From positions 51,212,001-51,276,000 of the forward strand of contig NC_042997.1 in the NCBI RefSeq assembly GCF_006345805.1: a DNA stretch of 64,000 nucleotides, given 5' to 3'. The notes under the pieces were generated by a model. That model did not search any database. It was not told the origin of the DNA and worked only from the letters and a program-made list of their open reading frames with translations. Made by a program: the position numbers and the translations under genes. Source of the DNA: Octopus sinensis. Taxonomy: Eukaryota. Shown here in pieces: positions 61,720 to 64,000 of this stretch. The number at the start of each line of letters is the position of its first letter. Position 1 is the first letter of the stretch.

Positions 61720-64000
61720 ATATGCATATATGACATAACATTTTCATGAATATTTTCGGATAGAAATATAAGAGAAATACGAACTCCCCACGTCCAAGAC
61801 AAATCTCACATAGAGAAGATTTTGAGAAGGACCAAAGAATAAGTAAGAAGTTCTCCCTCTCTAGTCATTTCTTCCATAATAATCACCGCTTCCAAACAGA
61901 ACATTACCATTACAACAATCCCACTCAGAGCCGTCCACAACAAAGAACCCACAACAGACCAAGGGTTTGTGGAAGGACTAATTAGTTACACTAATTCCCT
62001 ATACGAGAGAAACCATTCTGGGCCAAAACCAGGACACTCAATGGTACCAACCAAATATGAGATTTCGAAGGTGATAAATATCTCACATAAAGCCCTGTTG
62101 AACCAGGAAATAAAAATTCTTGCAAAGGGATTAATGTTCACCCCAACACCACAAAGGTTGAACCTAAATGATATACAAAATGACATCCAAGAATTCTGCA
62201 GAAAACTTCGCATCACTGAAGAACTACTGGATAAAGATAATAATGATCAATCAATCCTTCACAATAAAAGTAACTACTGTCCGACAAAAGGAAGAAATCA
62301 AACTCTGGATAACTTTTGTTATTTGATTTCCATTTACCTCTCCAATTTACTCCCACCCCGAAAATTTTAAATAAATACAAATAGAGAAGAATGGGAAATC
62401 GTTAATAATCTCAGGGAGGATGACAACAAAATTATAAAAGAAGCTAACAAAAGTGGAACTGTAGTTCTCATGGACACAAAAAAATACATAAACGCTACCC
62501 TAACTCTCCTTTGAGACAATACCCACTATGAAAAAATCAACAACTACAGTCAATCCAAGATAATGACCAAACTGTCTACCCTTATCCACCAGTTCCAATG
62601 AGGTTTAACAAAAATGGAGACAGATGACTTCACTAGATTTGACTGCAAACCATAACTTCTATGGACTTCCCAAAATCCACAAAAGTGAGGTCATAAACGA
62701 AGCCTGTAACAAGTCAACTTGTAAAGTCATAAATATTCCACACTCCAGAGATCTCAAAATAAGACCAATTGTGGTCTTAAACCTATTCTCCAAGATATAC
62801 CATGCTTTATATGGGATGATCTGGACTTTTTAAACCATCTCCAGAACAAAATCAGCAAAGACTCCCTCCTGGCTTCATTCAATGTAATAAACCTCTACAC
62901 CTTGATTCCTCATGAATACGGAATAATAGCCATACAATACTGGCTGGAAAAATTCCCAAATGACATTCCTGACAGAATTGGAAAAGAATTCATCGTTGAA
63001 GGAATAAAATTCATCCTACAGAACAACTTCTTCAATTTCAACAAAAACACTTTCAGACAAAAATCAGGCACAGTAATGGGAATGCGGGTAGTGCCTACTT
63101 TTGCCAACCTTGTCATGGCATACTTGGAAGTCCAAATATACAAACACACTAGATTGAAATTTGGAGACAACTTCCAAAAATACTTACTCACCAACTGGAA
63201 ACGTTACCTGGATGACTGTTTCATCCTGTGGCCACATAACCTTGAGCAACTTTCAAAATTTAAAAACTTAATCAACAGCATTAACCACAGTATCCAGTTT
63301 ACAATGGAATATAGCCACAAACAATTACCCTTCCTGGACATCTTAATAATAAAGAGAAATACTGAAATTGAAACCAACATCGTCTTCAAACCAACAGACT
63401 CAAAACAATATCTTCTATTCTCCTCTTGCCACCCAAAACATATAAAATAGATATGCCGTTCAACTTAGCGAGAAGAATTTGCACGATTGCATCAAATCCC
63501 GAAACCTGAGAAAAGCGACTCCAAGAACTTAAAAACACATTACTAGATAGAAAATACCCAGCCAGTCTAATCAAAAATGGAATAGAACATGCAAAAATGA
63601 TAGACATCCAAGAGTTAGGGAAAACAAGAACACACCATCACACACTTAAAACTCTATCTTATGTATCAACTCACAACACAATCAAACAAACATGGAAGCA
63701 TACATCATCCACCAAAACATACCCCTCCTTATGAAGGACCCACAAATGAAAAAGGCACTAGAAACACATAGGATTATTAAAAGCAAGAGACAACCACAAT
63801 CCCTAAAAAATTACTCACCAGCACCAAATTACCCACTAAAAATACCTCACAAGTCAAAAAGTGCAACCACCCTAACTGCGGGGCTTGCATCTTCCTCTTA
63901 TAGGGCTCAACTTACAAATTTAAGTCAGGTCAAACTTTTACCATAAAATATGACTTCACTTATGCTTTGAAGAACTTAATCTATGTTCTTAAATGTGGAG
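61720..64000 (+). mobile_element. Penelope-like retroelement RT, frameshifted, running off the window end
   Basis: FYGLPKIHK, RPIV, NLYTLIPH, GTVMG...PTFANLVM, WKRYLDDCFILW, FSSCHPKH and a C-terminal CNHPNC. Confidence 0.88.

Noticed and set aside
36193-64000. Next constitutive CAPS exon (KKLED..LAEL..QQNEEH)
   Set aside because: Not found by eye. The QENEEF-like stretch near 44910 belongs to the hAT remnant.

Overview
This is eukaryotic, AT-rich intronic DNA. The repeat families and microsatellites look octopus/cephalopod-like, which is an inference. The window carries the middle of one plus-strand spliced gene, CAPS/CADPS (UNC-31, Ca2+-dependent secretion activator). Nine consecutive GT-AG exons from 3260 to 23535 join in frame (1129 nt) and encode the end of the C2 domain, the whole PH domain and the start of the helical MUN-type region. 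Two phase-1 microexon candidates follow: 18 nt at 24741-24758 (ANERAA) and 33 nt at 36160-36192 (AAAAAAGLVSG), each with a downstream TGCATG. The next constitutive exon was not found, so the window starts and ends inside introns. The rest is transposon-derived or simple repeat: RTE, CR1-type, CRE-like and R4-like LINEs, Penelope-like elements, tRNA-derived SINEs, a (CAT)n-tailed retroposon, mariner, Tc1, rosa-like and hAT remnants, MITEs and two non-autonomous Helitrons. Almost all ORFs in the supplied track are transposon fragments or microsatellite artefacts. The best leads are the microexon pair, a Trp-to-Ser change in the PH basic loop, a candidate -1 frameshift site in the young CR1 LINE, several long hairpins in the pre-mRNA, a Penelope-like direct-plus-inverted repeat unit, and a MITE with a CTCF-like motif. 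Family assignments and comparisons to human CAPS come from recalled sequences and motifs, not database searches, and TE boundaries are approximate unless TIRs are given.
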